From positions 1,099 to 65,098 of the forward strand of contig JBGOSS010000006.1 in assembly GCA_041476105.1 (NCBI GenBank): a stretch of DNA of 64,000 nt, in the 5' to 3' direction. Origin of the DNA: Gemmatimonadota bacterium. GTDB taxonomy: Bacteria; Gemmatimonadota; Gemmatimonadetes; Gemmatimonadales; JACORV01. Each line of letters starts with the position of its first letter. The stretch's first letter is position 1. The notes under the pieces were generated by a model. That model did not search any database. It worked only from the letters and a program-made list of their open reading frames with translations, and was not told the DNA's origin. This document shows, one piece after another, positions 50,182 to 58,028 of this stretch. The position numbers and the translations under genes were made by a program.

Positions 50182-51159
50182 CTAGGGGCGCCCGTTGAGC
50201 GGGAGCTGGAGCGATGCGCCGGCCTCGAGGGTGCGGAACCGGTCGCCCGGCAGTCCCTGCGCGCGCAGCGCCTCCGCCAGCGCGATGACCGGATCGTCGA
50301 TGGCTTCGGGCGTGAGCTGGAAGGTGCCGAAGTGCATGCCCACGCTCTGCCGGGCTTCGAGATCGCGGTGCGCCTGCACCGCTTCGGCGGGATTCAGGTG
50401 GATGTCCTTCATGAACCAGCGGGGCTCGTAGGCGCCGATCGGCAACAGCGCGAGGTCGGGCGGACCGAGCCGCGCGCGCATCGCCTGGAAGTGCGGCCCG
50501 TACCCGGTGTCGCCGGCGAAGAGCACGCTGTGCCCGCGCGTGACGACATGAAAACCGCCCCACAGCGCGCGGTTGCGATCGAAGGGCCCGCGCCCGGAGA
50601 AGTGCTGCGCCGGCACCAGCGTGACGGCCAGCGCTCCCGCCGTGGTCGTCCCCCACCAGTCCAGTTCCGTGATGCGCCGGAAGCCGGCCTTCTGGAGGAT
50701 GGTCCGGTTGCCCAGGGGCGTGACCGCCAGGGGCTGCCCGAAGCGCCGGGCCAGCGCGCGCAGGGTCCGCGTATCACAGTGGTCGTAGTGATTGTGGCTG
50801 AGGAGGATGACGTCGATCCCGGGGAGATCGGCGATGGCGACGCCGGGCGCGCGCACCCGGCGCGGACCCGCGAACGGTATCGGGCTCGCCCGCGTCGACC
50901 AGACCGGATCGGTCAGGATGTTGCCGTCGGGAGTCTGAATCAGGAACGTCGCCTGGCCGATGAACGTCACCACGATCTCGCCCGCGGCGGGGACCGGCGG
51001 GCGGCGAGGCTCGACCGCGACGTGCCGAGGCCACGGCCGGCGCGGCTCGCGGAGCATCCGTGGGACGGCCCGGAAGGGAAGGCCGTTGGCGCCGGTCGGG
51101 TTGAAGTAGCGGCGGCCGTCGAAATGGTCGCGGGTGGGGGTCCCGGGGTCTGAAGGCAT
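50182..51159 (-). CDS. MBL-fold metallo-hydrolase, NAPE-PLD-like subgroup
   Basis: HFDGRRYFNP N-terminus, ILLSHNHYDHCD (HxHxDH metal motif), FAGDTGY, HFGTFQL. Confidence 0.8.
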   Translation of the reverse strand: MPSDPGTPTRDHFDGRRYFNPTGANGLPFRAVPRMLREPRRPWPRHVAVEPRRPPVPAAGEIVVTFIGQATFLIQTPDGNILTDPVWSTRASPIPFAGPRRVRAPGVAIADLPGIDVILLSHNHYDHCDTRTLRALARRFGQPLAVTPLGNRTILQKAGFRRITELDWWGTTTAGALAVTLVPAQHFSGRGPFDRNRALWGGFHVVTRGHSVLFAGDTGYGPHFQAMRARLGPPDLALLPIGAYEPRWFMKDIHLNPAEAVQAHRDLEARQSVGMHFGTFQLTPEAIDDPVIALAEALRAQGLPGDRFRTLEAGASLQLPLNGRP

Positions 51160-51258
51160 GACGGAAGATACGGCCCCGGACTCGAAATCTGTTCAGGCTT
51201 ACCGGCGCACGGCGCGCGCCCATCTTCTCCCGCCCCACGTTCCGCGGGAGCATCGATC

Positions 51259-52473
51259 ATGTCACGCCGCACGGCCGTACGCTTCGCCCTCTGCTCGCTG
51301 GCCGGCATCGGGCCGTTCCGGGCCGTCCTCGCGCAGGATGCCTACGTCTACTACGACCACCGGCCGGGAGCGGCGGGCCTCGACGGCCGTCTCAGCTACA
51401 TACGATCCGGCGGGGATCAGACGGACCGGCAGCTCGGCCGGCCGCCGGCATTGAGCGTGCCCAACGGGTCGCAGGTGTGCATCCAGGTCACCAGCCGCAA
51501 CGACGTGCTGTACACCTATGCGATCGGCGTCAAGAACGTGGCGGCGGACACGATTCCCGGCCTGGCCGCCCTCGTCAAGCAGCTTACCGACGCCCTGGCC
51601 ATCCCCCACCCACTGGCCGTCACCGACGGCTACCTCACCACCGTGGCCCACCTCTACGAGCGTCTCCTCGAGCTCCAGGTGGCGCAGCTCGGCTCCGACA
51701 GCATCGCCGACATCGCGGCGTCGGCAGCGGGGGTCGCCAGCCTCTTCGCCAACGCCACGGAAGCGAACAACGCGGCGAACACCGCCTTTGCCGATCTCGG
51801 CGGGGCGAACTCGTCGCCCCCGGCCCGCCTGCTGCGCCTCGTGCAGACGGATCTGTGGCAGCGCATCACGGCGATCAATGCGCGTTTCCAGCGCGCCCGC
51901 CAGACCGCCGACGATCCGCTCTGCACCAAGGTGGGATCGAGCCGCCTGCGGATCACCCTGAAGATCGCGCGCAGCACCGTGGATTCGGCCGGCCGCCCCC
52001 AGCGGCCCGTCGGCGACACCGTGGTGACCCTCGACGTGCATCCCCAGGACAACCGCCTGGTCATCGTGGAACCGGGCACCATCGTGAGCGTCTTCACCCA
52101 GGAGAAGAGCAGCTTCGGCGTGAGCGGCGGCGTCGTGACGCAGACCCGGGACCGCAGCCCCGGCCTGCACGCCGGCGTCCTCGCCATGTTCCGGGCCGGC
52201 TCGATCGACTGGCTCTATCTGACCTTGGGTGTCGGCACGGCGGAGAAGAGCGTCGCCGACGTGCTGCTCGGCGTGACGATGCGCGGCGGCGCGTCGCTGG
52301 TCGGCGGCCGCCTCAGTATCGGGGTGGGACTCGCGCTCTCGCGGGTGCCGGTCGGCCTGTCGCAGGGCACCGTGGGCGGCGCGCTTCCGGCGACCATCAA
52401 GAACGTCAACGACATCGTCAAACGCGACTTCCGCGCCGGGCTCGCCGTGTCGTTCGCCCTGAACGTTTCCTGA
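51259..52473 (+). CDS. Hypothetical secreted protein (404 aa), first gene of the 51259-55330 cassette
   Basis: Signal-like N-terminus FALCSLAGIGPFRAVLAQ. Central helical region and a Gly/Val-rich beta-like C-terminus. No recognised motif. The antisense 763-aa ORF is rejected. Confidence 0.6.
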   Translation: MSRRTAVRFALCSLAGIGPFRAVLAQDAYVYYDHRPGAAGLDGRLSYIRSGGDQTDRQLGRPPALSVPNGSQVCIQVTSRNDVLYTYAIGVKNVAADTIPGLAALVKQLTDALAIPHPLAVTDGYLTTVAHLYERLLELQVAQLGSDSIADIAASAAGVASLFANATEANNAANTAFADLGGANSSPPARLLRLVQTDLWQRITAINARFQRARQTADDPLCTKVGSSRLRITLKIARSTVDSAGRPQRPVGDTVVTLDVHPQDNRLVIVEPGTIVSVFTQEKSSFGVSGGVVTQTRDRSPGLHAGVLAMFRAGSIDWLYLTLGVGTAEKSVADVLLGVTMRGGASLVGGRLSIGVGLALSRVPVGLSQGTVGGALPATIKNVNDIVKRDFRAGLAVSFALNVS

Positions 52474-52527
52474 TCGGCGCCGTTCGGCGCCCCAGGTCCT
52501 GGCTGCACGCCTGACGAGGAGGATGCC

Positions 52528-53505
52528 ATGGAACTGTCTTCCGCGCGTGAGCTGAAGGCGAAGTTGCACGAGAGCGTGCTGAGGCCCCTGAAGGCCGCGC
52601 AGGGTCGCGCCTTCGGCATTGCGGCGCAGTCGCTGGCGCGCGGGGCATCGGCGCACCGGTCGATCGCACTGGGCATTTCCGCCCGAACCGGCTCCGGATT
52701 CCAGCTCGCCGTGCGGGTCCAGCGGGAGGAATTGCACGGTGGCGAGCAGGTCGAGGCGATCCGGAAGGCCACGAAGGGCGAAGTGGACGTGGTCTTCGTG
52801 GGCCAGCTCTCGAAGCGGGCACCGAACCGGATCCGGCCGCTCCAGATCGGCTGCTCGATCGGGCACGTCTTCGTGACGGCGGGGACGCTGGGTGGCTTCG
52901 CGAAGAGCCGGGACGGAACCGGGGGCAAGCTCGTGCTCTCCAACAATCACGTGCTGGCCAACGAGAACAACGCCAAGGCGGGCGACCTCGTGCTCCAGCC
53001 GGGCATTGCCGACGCGGGACAGAACCCGGCCGACGTAGTGGGGAACCTGGTCCGGTTCGTGCCGCTGGCGACCACCGGCCCGAATCTTGTGGACTGCGCC
53101 GTCGCCTCCGTCAACGACGGGATCGCGATCGATGAGCATGGGTTGCCCGGGATCGGCACCCTCCGGGGCCTCGGGGTTCCGCCCGACAAGGGCGTGCAGG
53201 TGTCCAAGGTGGGCAGAACGACCGACGTGACGCGGGGCGTGGTGACGGCCTTCGAGCTCGACAACGTGGTCGTCGGGTACGACATCGGCAACGTGAGCTT
53301 CGACGACCAGGTCGAGATCGAGGGAGCGGGCACGCTGCCGTTCAGCGGCGGCGGCGACAGCGGCTCGCTGATCGTGAACGGCGCATTCGAAGCGGTGGCG
53401 CTGCTCTTCGCCGGCGGCGAGCAGGGCGGCTCGAACGGGCGCGGCCTGACCTACGGGAACCCGATCCGCGCGGTGCTCGATGCGCTCCAGATCGACCTGC
53501 GCTGA
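52528..53505 (+). CDS. Trypsin/chymotrypsin-fold (S1) serine peptidase without signal peptide
   Basis: GAGGAGGA 4 nt upstream of the ATG. Triad contexts LVLSNNHVLAN (His), LVDCAVASV (Asp) and FSGGGDSGSLIV (Ser). About 100-aa N-terminal extra domain. Confidence 0.75.
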   Translation: MELSSARELKAKLHESVLRPLKAAQGRAFGIAAQSLARGASAHRSIALGISARTGSGFQLAVRVQREELHGGEQVEAIRKATKGEVDVVFVGQLSKRAPNRIRPLQIGCSIGHVFVTAGTLGGFAKSRDGTGGKLVLSNNHVLANENNAKAGDLVLQPGIADAGQNPADVVGNLVRFVPLATTGPNLVDCAVASVNDGIAIDEHGLPGIGTLRGLGVPPDKGVQVSKVGRTTDVTRGVVTAFELDNVVVGYDIGNVSFDDQVEIEGAGTLPFSGGGDSGSLIVNGAFEAVALLFAGGEQGGSNGRGLTYGNPIRAVLDALQIDLR

Positions 53506-53522
53506 CCAGCTATATTCCGCGG

Positions 53523-53762
53523 GTGGGCAACGCGGCTTCACTCGATCAGGCACGCGCCGCCAAGGCGGCGGCCAAGCGCCTGCTGGCCGGCGACATCAAC
53601 GTGGTGGGCATCGGGATCACGCGCATCGGTGAGGGATACGGCGTCAAGATCAACCTGACGTCGGAAGCAGCACCCGGCGCCGCCCCGCCCGCCGAGGTCG
53701 AGGGTGTGCCGGTCGAGGTGGAAGTGGTCGGCCCGCTCCGGCCGAGGGGATTGGCGAGCTAA
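53523..53762 (+). CDS. 79-aa protein resembling the N-terminal domain of the adjacent S1 peptidase
   Basis: GTG start 17 nt after the protease stop. VVGIGITRIGEGYGVKINL...GVPVEVEVVGPLRPR parallels SIALGISARTGSGFQLAVRV...GEVDVVFVGQLSKR of the protease. The similarity was judged by eye only. Confidence 0.45.
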   Translation: MGNAASLDQARAAKAAAKRLLAGDINVVGIGITRIGEGYGVKINLTSEAAPGAAPPAEVEGVPVEVEVVGPLRPRGLAS

Positions 53763-53776
53763 GTCCCGAGGGTCAC

Positions 53777-55330
53777 GTGCCCGAACTCAACGTCGTCGTC
53801 GATCTCTCCCATCACAACGCATCCGTCGATTTCGTCCGCGCGGGCAGCGCGGGCATCCTCGGCGTGATCCACAAGGCCACCCAGGGCACGCACTTTACCG
53901 ACGCCAGGTACACGGAACGGCGCCCCCTTGCGGCGGCGGCGGGGCTGATGTGGGGCGCCTATCACTTCGGCGTGGCGGGCGACGTCGAGCAGCAGGTGGA
54001 CCACTTCCTCGCGGTGGTGAAGCCGCAGCCCGGGGACCTGCTGGTCCTCGATTTCGAGGAGAATACCGCGGGCGACAGCATGACGCTGGCCGAGGCGGAG
54101 GCCTTCGTCACCCGGTTGCACGACAAGACCGGCCGCTGGCCTGGGCTGTACGGCGGGCAGCACCTGAAGCAGCTTCTGGGCGCGCAGCGGAGCACGCCCC
54201 TCGCCTCGTGCTGGCTCTGGCTGGCGCAGTATTCGGGCACGGTGCACCTGCCGGCCGCGTGGTCGCGCTGGACGATGTGGCAGTACACCGACGGCGCCGC
54301 GGGACCCGAGCCCCACATCGTCGACGGTATCGGGGCCTGCGATCGGGACCGGTTCAACGGCGACCTGGCCGCCCTGCGGGAGCTGTGGGGCCATGCGCCG
54401 ATCCCGGCGGCCGCCGCCTCGGCCGTGGTCGCCCGCCCAGCTTCCGTCGCCCCGAGGGATGCCGCCATGCCCGAGTCGATCGACGCGATACAGCCGAAGC
54501 GCCCCTCCTGGTGGCGCCGCTCCCTGATCGGAGAGGCGCGAGTCGCCCGCCTCAACAGTGACCTCAACCAGCTCAAGGACTCGCTGGTGTTGCGCCGCGA
54601 CCAGGTGCCCCAGGATCGGAAGGTTCACCTCGAGGGCGCGCTGGCGATGCTCGGGCACGCCCAACGCGCGATGGAGTACCGCGATCTCAACACCGGTTGG
54701 GCGCTCGTCCATGAAGCCGAGCGGGAGTCGACCTTCGCCGACAACGCGGAGGAGCTGCTCCACCAGGCCGACCGCCTGCGCGAGGAGGTCCGCGAGAAAC
54801 TCGGCGGGTGGCGCCAGCACGCGGCCCTTCGCGCGCTGGGTGACGCCGGCTCGGTGCCCACTGTGGAGGCGGTTCGCGAAGCGCTCAGGATCCGCAACGA
54901 GCATTCCCACAACCTCTACCACAAGTTCGACCTCGCCGCGGGCCAGGTCGCGCTCATCGGACTGCTGCTGCTGGGCGGCGTGCTGGCGATTCTCATCGCG
55001 TCGTGGCTCGGCGCCGCGCCGCTCGGCGTCTACACCCTGCGGCTGGGCTGGGCGGCGCTGCTTGGCGGCGTCGGCGGGCTGCTCAGTGCGGCGCGGGGTC
55101 TCGCCCAGGGAACCCAGCGCAAGATCCCCGAGCAGATCGCGGATTGGCCCGTCACACTCGTCCGGCCGGTCCTGGGCGCCACGGCGGGCGTGGGCGCCTG
55201 CCTGCTGGTGACGGCGGGGATGGTGTCGCTGGGGGCAGGCAACGAGCAGTTGGCGCCGCTGATCGCGGCGTTCACGGCGGGGTTCAGCGAACGCTACTTC
55301 CTGTCGATCCTGCCCTCGGGCGAGAAGTAG
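53777..55330 (+). CDS. GH25 muramidase domain (no signal peptide) fused to helical linker and C-terminal four-helix membrane module
   Basis: GAGGG 4 nt upstream of GTG 53777. GH25 signatures VVDLSHHN, GVIHKATQG, LVLDFEE (DxE), WLAQY, MWQYTD, DRDRFNG. Residues about 391-510 contain four hydrophobic segments. Confidence 0.8.
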   Translation: MPELNVVVDLSHHNASVDFVRAGSAGILGVIHKATQGTHFTDARYTERRPLAAAAGLMWGAYHFGVAGDVEQQVDHFLAVVKPQPGDLLVLDFEENTAGDSMTLAEAEAFVTRLHDKTGRWPGLYGGQHLKQLLGAQRSTPLASCWLWLAQYSGTVHLPAAWSRWTMWQYTDGAAGPEPHIVDGIGACDRDRFNGDLAALRELWGHAPIPAAAASAVVARPASVAPRDAAMPESIDAIQPKRPSWWRRSLIGEARVARLNSDLNQLKDSLVLRRDQVPQDRKVHLEGALAMLGHAQRAMEYRDLNTGWALVHEAERESTFADNAEELLHQADRLREEVREKLGGWRQHAALRALGDAGSVPTVEAVREALRIRNEHSHNLYHKFDLAAGQVALIGLLLLGGVLAILIASWLGAAPLGVYTLRLGWAALLGGVGGLLSAARGLAQGTQRKIPEQIADWPVTLVRPVLGATAGVGACLLVTAGMVSLGAGNEQLAPLIAAFTAGFSERYFLSILPSGEK

Positions 55331-55731
55331 CCCGGCAGCGATTGCAGGCGGGGCTGGACGTCTCGCAGCAGGGTGCGCGCATCGTCGAAGGCCAGGCGCT
55401 GGAGCGCCTGCTCGAACGGATACCAGGCGAGCGACCTTCCCGGCTCGGGAACGCCGGCATCCCGCGTCACCAGGACGAAATAGTGGACCTCGATGGTGTC
55501 GGCACCCAGCCGGAAGGACTGTGAGCCGGCGGGCCCCACGATCCGCCCACGCACGCCGGCCTCCTCGCTGGCCTCGCGGATCGCGGCGGCCTCGAGGCTT
55601 TCACCCGGCTCCACGTGCCCTTTCGGGAAGATCCACGTGGCCGGGCCGCCCTTCGCGGTGACGAGGAGCACTTCCGGTAGGGCCGCGGATACCCGGACGA
55701 TGATCGCCCCCGCCTCCAGTACCGTTGCCAC
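55294..55731 (-). CDS. NUDIX hydrolase
   Basis: Nudix box GHVEPGESLEAAAIREASEEAGV. Confidence 0.85.
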   Translation of the reverse strand: MATVLEAGAIIVRVSAALPEVLLVTAKGGPATWIFPKGHVEPGESLEAAAIREASEEAGVRGRIVGPAGSQSFRLGADTIEVHYFVLVTRDAGVPEPGRSLAWYPFEQALQRLAFDDARTLLRDVQPRLQSLPGYFSPEGRIDRK

Positions 55732-55747
55732 GATGAGGCTCGAGCGG

Positions 55748-55987
55748 CTACACCCGATCCATGTCGGACGGCGCTCCCGACGGCTTGCCCGACACCATCG
55801 CGGCCACCTTGTCCGCGAGACTCGGCGCGACCACGCGCAGCACCAGGTAGACCACGTATCCCACGGCCGCCAGCATCAGCACCGTGATGCCGAGACCGAT
55901 GATGGTCCCGAGCAGGCCGAACACGATCTTCAGTACCAGCCACGCGACAACCGCCAGCACGGCGAATCCGAGAATGCGGCGCATCAT
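55748..55987 (-). CDS. Small two-TM membrane protein
   Basis: ILGFAVLAVVAWLVLKIVFGLLGTIIGLGITVLMLAAVGYVVYLVL. Lies 16 nt upstream of the NUDIX gene on the same strand. Confidence 0.55.
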   Translation of the reverse strand: MMRRILGFAVLAVVAWLVLKIVFGLLGTIIGLGITVLMLAAVGYVVYLVLRVVAPSLADKVAAMVSGKPSGAPSDMDRV

Positions 55988-56066
55988 CCCCTCCAGGGCC
56001 CGGTGAACTCGTGACAGCGCGTACTTCTATATAGACTGTGGCGACGCCCGTCAAAGGACCCGGCCC

Positions 56067-56705
56067 ATGATCGATATCGTCCACCCCCGCATCCGGCGCT
56101 ACCTCCGCTCCCTCATCCCGCCCCGCGACGCCGTTCTGGCCGAGATGGAGACGCGCGCCGGCCGCCAGCGCATCCCCATCGTGGGGCCCATGGTCGGCCG
56201 GCTGTTCTTCCAGCTTGCCTGCATGGTGCGGGCGCGCCGGGTCATGGAGCTGGGGAGCGCGATCGGCTACTCGACCATCTGGTGGGCCCGCGCCGTGGGC
56301 GCCGGGGGACGGGTCTGGTATTCCGACGGCGATCCCACCAACGCCCGCGCGGCGCGCGGCTACTTGCGCCGCGCCGGGGTGCAGGGACGGGTCACCGTGA
56401 TGGTGGGTGACGCCGTCCAATCGATGGGGAAGGTCCGGGGCGGCTTCGACATCGTCTTCTGCGACATCGACAAGCACGGCTACCCCGAGGCCTTCCGGGC
56501 GGCCTGGCCGCGGATCCGCCGCGGCGGGCTCTTCGTCTGCGACAACACCTTGTGGAGCGGATACGTCACCGAACGCGCGTCCCGCGCCGACCGCGACACC
56601 GCCGCGATCCAGGAGCTGAATCGCACCACCTTCGCGGACGACGCGGCGGGATTCGCCGTGCTGCTGCCGCTCCGCGACGGTGTCACGGTGGTGCTCAAGC
56701 GCTGA
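56067..56705 (+). CDS. Class I SAM-dependent O-methyltransferase (caffeoyl-CoA OMT-like)
   Basis: RVMELGSAIGYS (motif I), FDIVFCDIDK, LRRGGLFVCDN. Typical PF01596-type layout. Confidence 0.85.
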   Translation: MIDIVHPRIRRYLRSLIPPRDAVLAEMETRAGRQRIPIVGPMVGRLFFQLACMVRARRVMELGSAIGYSTIWWARAVGAGGRVWYSDGDPTNARAARGYLRRAGVQGRVTVMVGDAVQSMGKVRGGFDIVFCDIDKHGYPEAFRAAWPRIRRGGLFVCDNTLWSGYVTERASRADRDTAAIQELNRTTFADDAAGFAVLLPLRDGVTVVLKR

Positions 56706-56709
56706 GCCG

Positions 56710-57765
56710 TCAGCGCTGCGCGCCCACCATCCCGAGCGGCTCGCCCTGGGTCATCGCCGGGGTCGCCACCACGTACAGCACCCGGCCGGCGAAGGGCGCC
56801 CGGACGTCGGTGCGTCCCTGGCCGAAGGCGTCGGTCACCCAGCCCCAGAGCTGGCCCTCGCGCACCACTTGGTTGCGCGCCACCGCGGCGTGCCAGGTGC
56901 CGCTTATCGGGCTGCGGAGCACCTCGGTGCGCCGAAGCCAGGCGGGGTGCGACAGCTGCACCGCGCCGGGCCACATGCGCAGGTAGCACAGCAGCCGGAA
57001 GGCGCCGGTCACGTTCCGGGTGACCATCGCCTCGTCCGGCACGCCGAGGTAGCCGTTCTCGGTGGTGATCGCCGGCTTGCCGCGGGTCATCGCGGTGTTC
57101 GAGGTATACGCGCTGGCGCGCGGGTCGCGGGTGCGCGTGGTGTCCACGACCACGAAGTCGTTCCCGAACGCCATCGCCATTTCGCGCGACACCGAATCGG
57201 CCCGGGCGTCGAGCCCCAGCGGCATCCAGTAGGCGTAGGGCCGCAACGATTCGTTGCCGTCCCCGGCGTGCATGTCCACGACGTAGTCCGCCCGCTCGAT
57301 CACTTCGCGCGTGATCGCGAAGGCGATCCGCTCCGACACGGTGCCGTCGGCCCGCCCGGGATAGACGCGATTGAGGTTCTTCCCGTCCACCGGGCTGTAG
57401 TAGATGGTCCTTCCGTAGAAGGAGGGCGGGTTGGCGACGTGCACCAGGATGACTGTGCCGCTGAGCCGCGCGGGGTCGAGCTGCGCGCGGACCCGCTGGA
57501 GTCCGAGCACCGATGTGATCTCGGAGCCGTGCGTCCCGGCGATCAGGGCCAGCGTCGGGCCGGCACGCGCGCCGCGCACCACGGTGATGGGTATGCGGGT
57601 CGCCGAATCCACGCCGGCCGGCACCTCGATGAACCCCGACGCGGCCTCGCCGGCGCGGGCCGTCACACCGCCCACGGTGAGCGGGCCCAGCCCCTGGGCG
57701 TGGGCGGGGACCGCGATGGCGATCCCCAGGACACAAGCCAGGGTCGTGCCGTACCCGATCTTCAC
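56710..57765 (-). CDS. Succinylglutamate desuccinylase/aspartoacylase-family (M14-like) secreted protein
   Basis: GGAGG 6 nt upstream of GTG 57765. Signal TLACVLGIAIAVPAHAQG. IAGTHGSE (His/Glu Zn ligands), NLNRVYPG, DMHAGD. The track N-terminus (to 57939) runs through the repeat element and is rejected. Confidence 0.8.
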   Translation of the reverse strand: MKIGYGTTLACVLGIAIAVPAHAQGLGPLTVGGVTARAGEAASGFIEVPAGVDSATRIPITVVRGARAGPTLALIAGTHGSEITSVLGLQRVRAQLDPARLSGTVILVHVANPPSFYGRTIYYSPVDGKNLNRVYPGRADGTVSERIAFAITREVIERADYVVDMHAGDGNESLRPYAYWMPLGLDARADSVSREMAMAFGNDFVVVDTTRTRDPRASAYTSNTAMTRGKPAITTENGYLGVPDEAMVTRNVTGAFRLLCYLRMWPGAVQLSHPAWLRRTEVLRSPISGTWHAAVARNQVVREGQLWGWVTDAFGQGRTDVRAPFAGRVLYVVATPAMTQGEPLGMVGAQR

Positions 57766-57790
57766 GGGATACCTCCAGAGTGTGCGCCCC

Positions 57791-57895
57791 CGCGAGTAAG
57801 ACTCGCGGCTCGGCAAAGCCGCCGCTGAGAGCGGCGACAAGCAGATCCAGGCGGCTCTCAGCCGCCATCGCCGAGCAGCGGCTGTCAGCCGCTGA
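57791..57895. repeat. 105-nt intergenic four-hairpin element, copy 2
   Basis: Same orientation as copy 1 and the same four stems. The loops differ (AAG, GAG, CTC, GTC). Confidence 0.8.
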
Positions 57896-57954
57896 GGCCG
57901 AGGCCGCCGAACAACCATTCTGTCCCAACAACCATCCAAAGACCAGAGCGCCCG

Positions 57955-58022
57955 CCCTGAAACGTTCAGGGGTCTGGACAGACCCGCTGGTGCGTGCCAG
58001 CTTCCCCTTAACCGTTCAGGGG
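57955..58022 (+). promoter_or_regulatory. Cluster of palindromes upstream of the padR-like gene (candidate operator sites)
   Basis: CCCTGAA-ACG-TTCAGGG (57955-57971), GGGTCTG-GA-CAGACCC (57970-57985) and CCCCTTAA-CCG-TTCAGGGG (58004-58022, one mismatch). The last one ends 6 nt before the GTG start. Confidence 0.35.
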
Positions 58023-58028
58023 TAACCG

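Noticed and set aside
51262-53553. 763-aa ORF on the - strand covering the first two genes of the candidate cassette
   Set aside because: The sense-strand ORFs carry a signal peptide, an SD-preceded start and a chymotrypsin-fold triad. The antisense translation is low-complexity (R/A/G/H/D-rich) with no motif. I note this as a risk only for gene A, which has no recognised domain.
53777-54400. GH25 lysozyme as evidence of a prophage lysis cassette
   Set aside because: No integrase, terminase, capsid, tail or att-like repeats are visible within the window. The flanking genes are ordinary cellular genes, and the composition matches the host.
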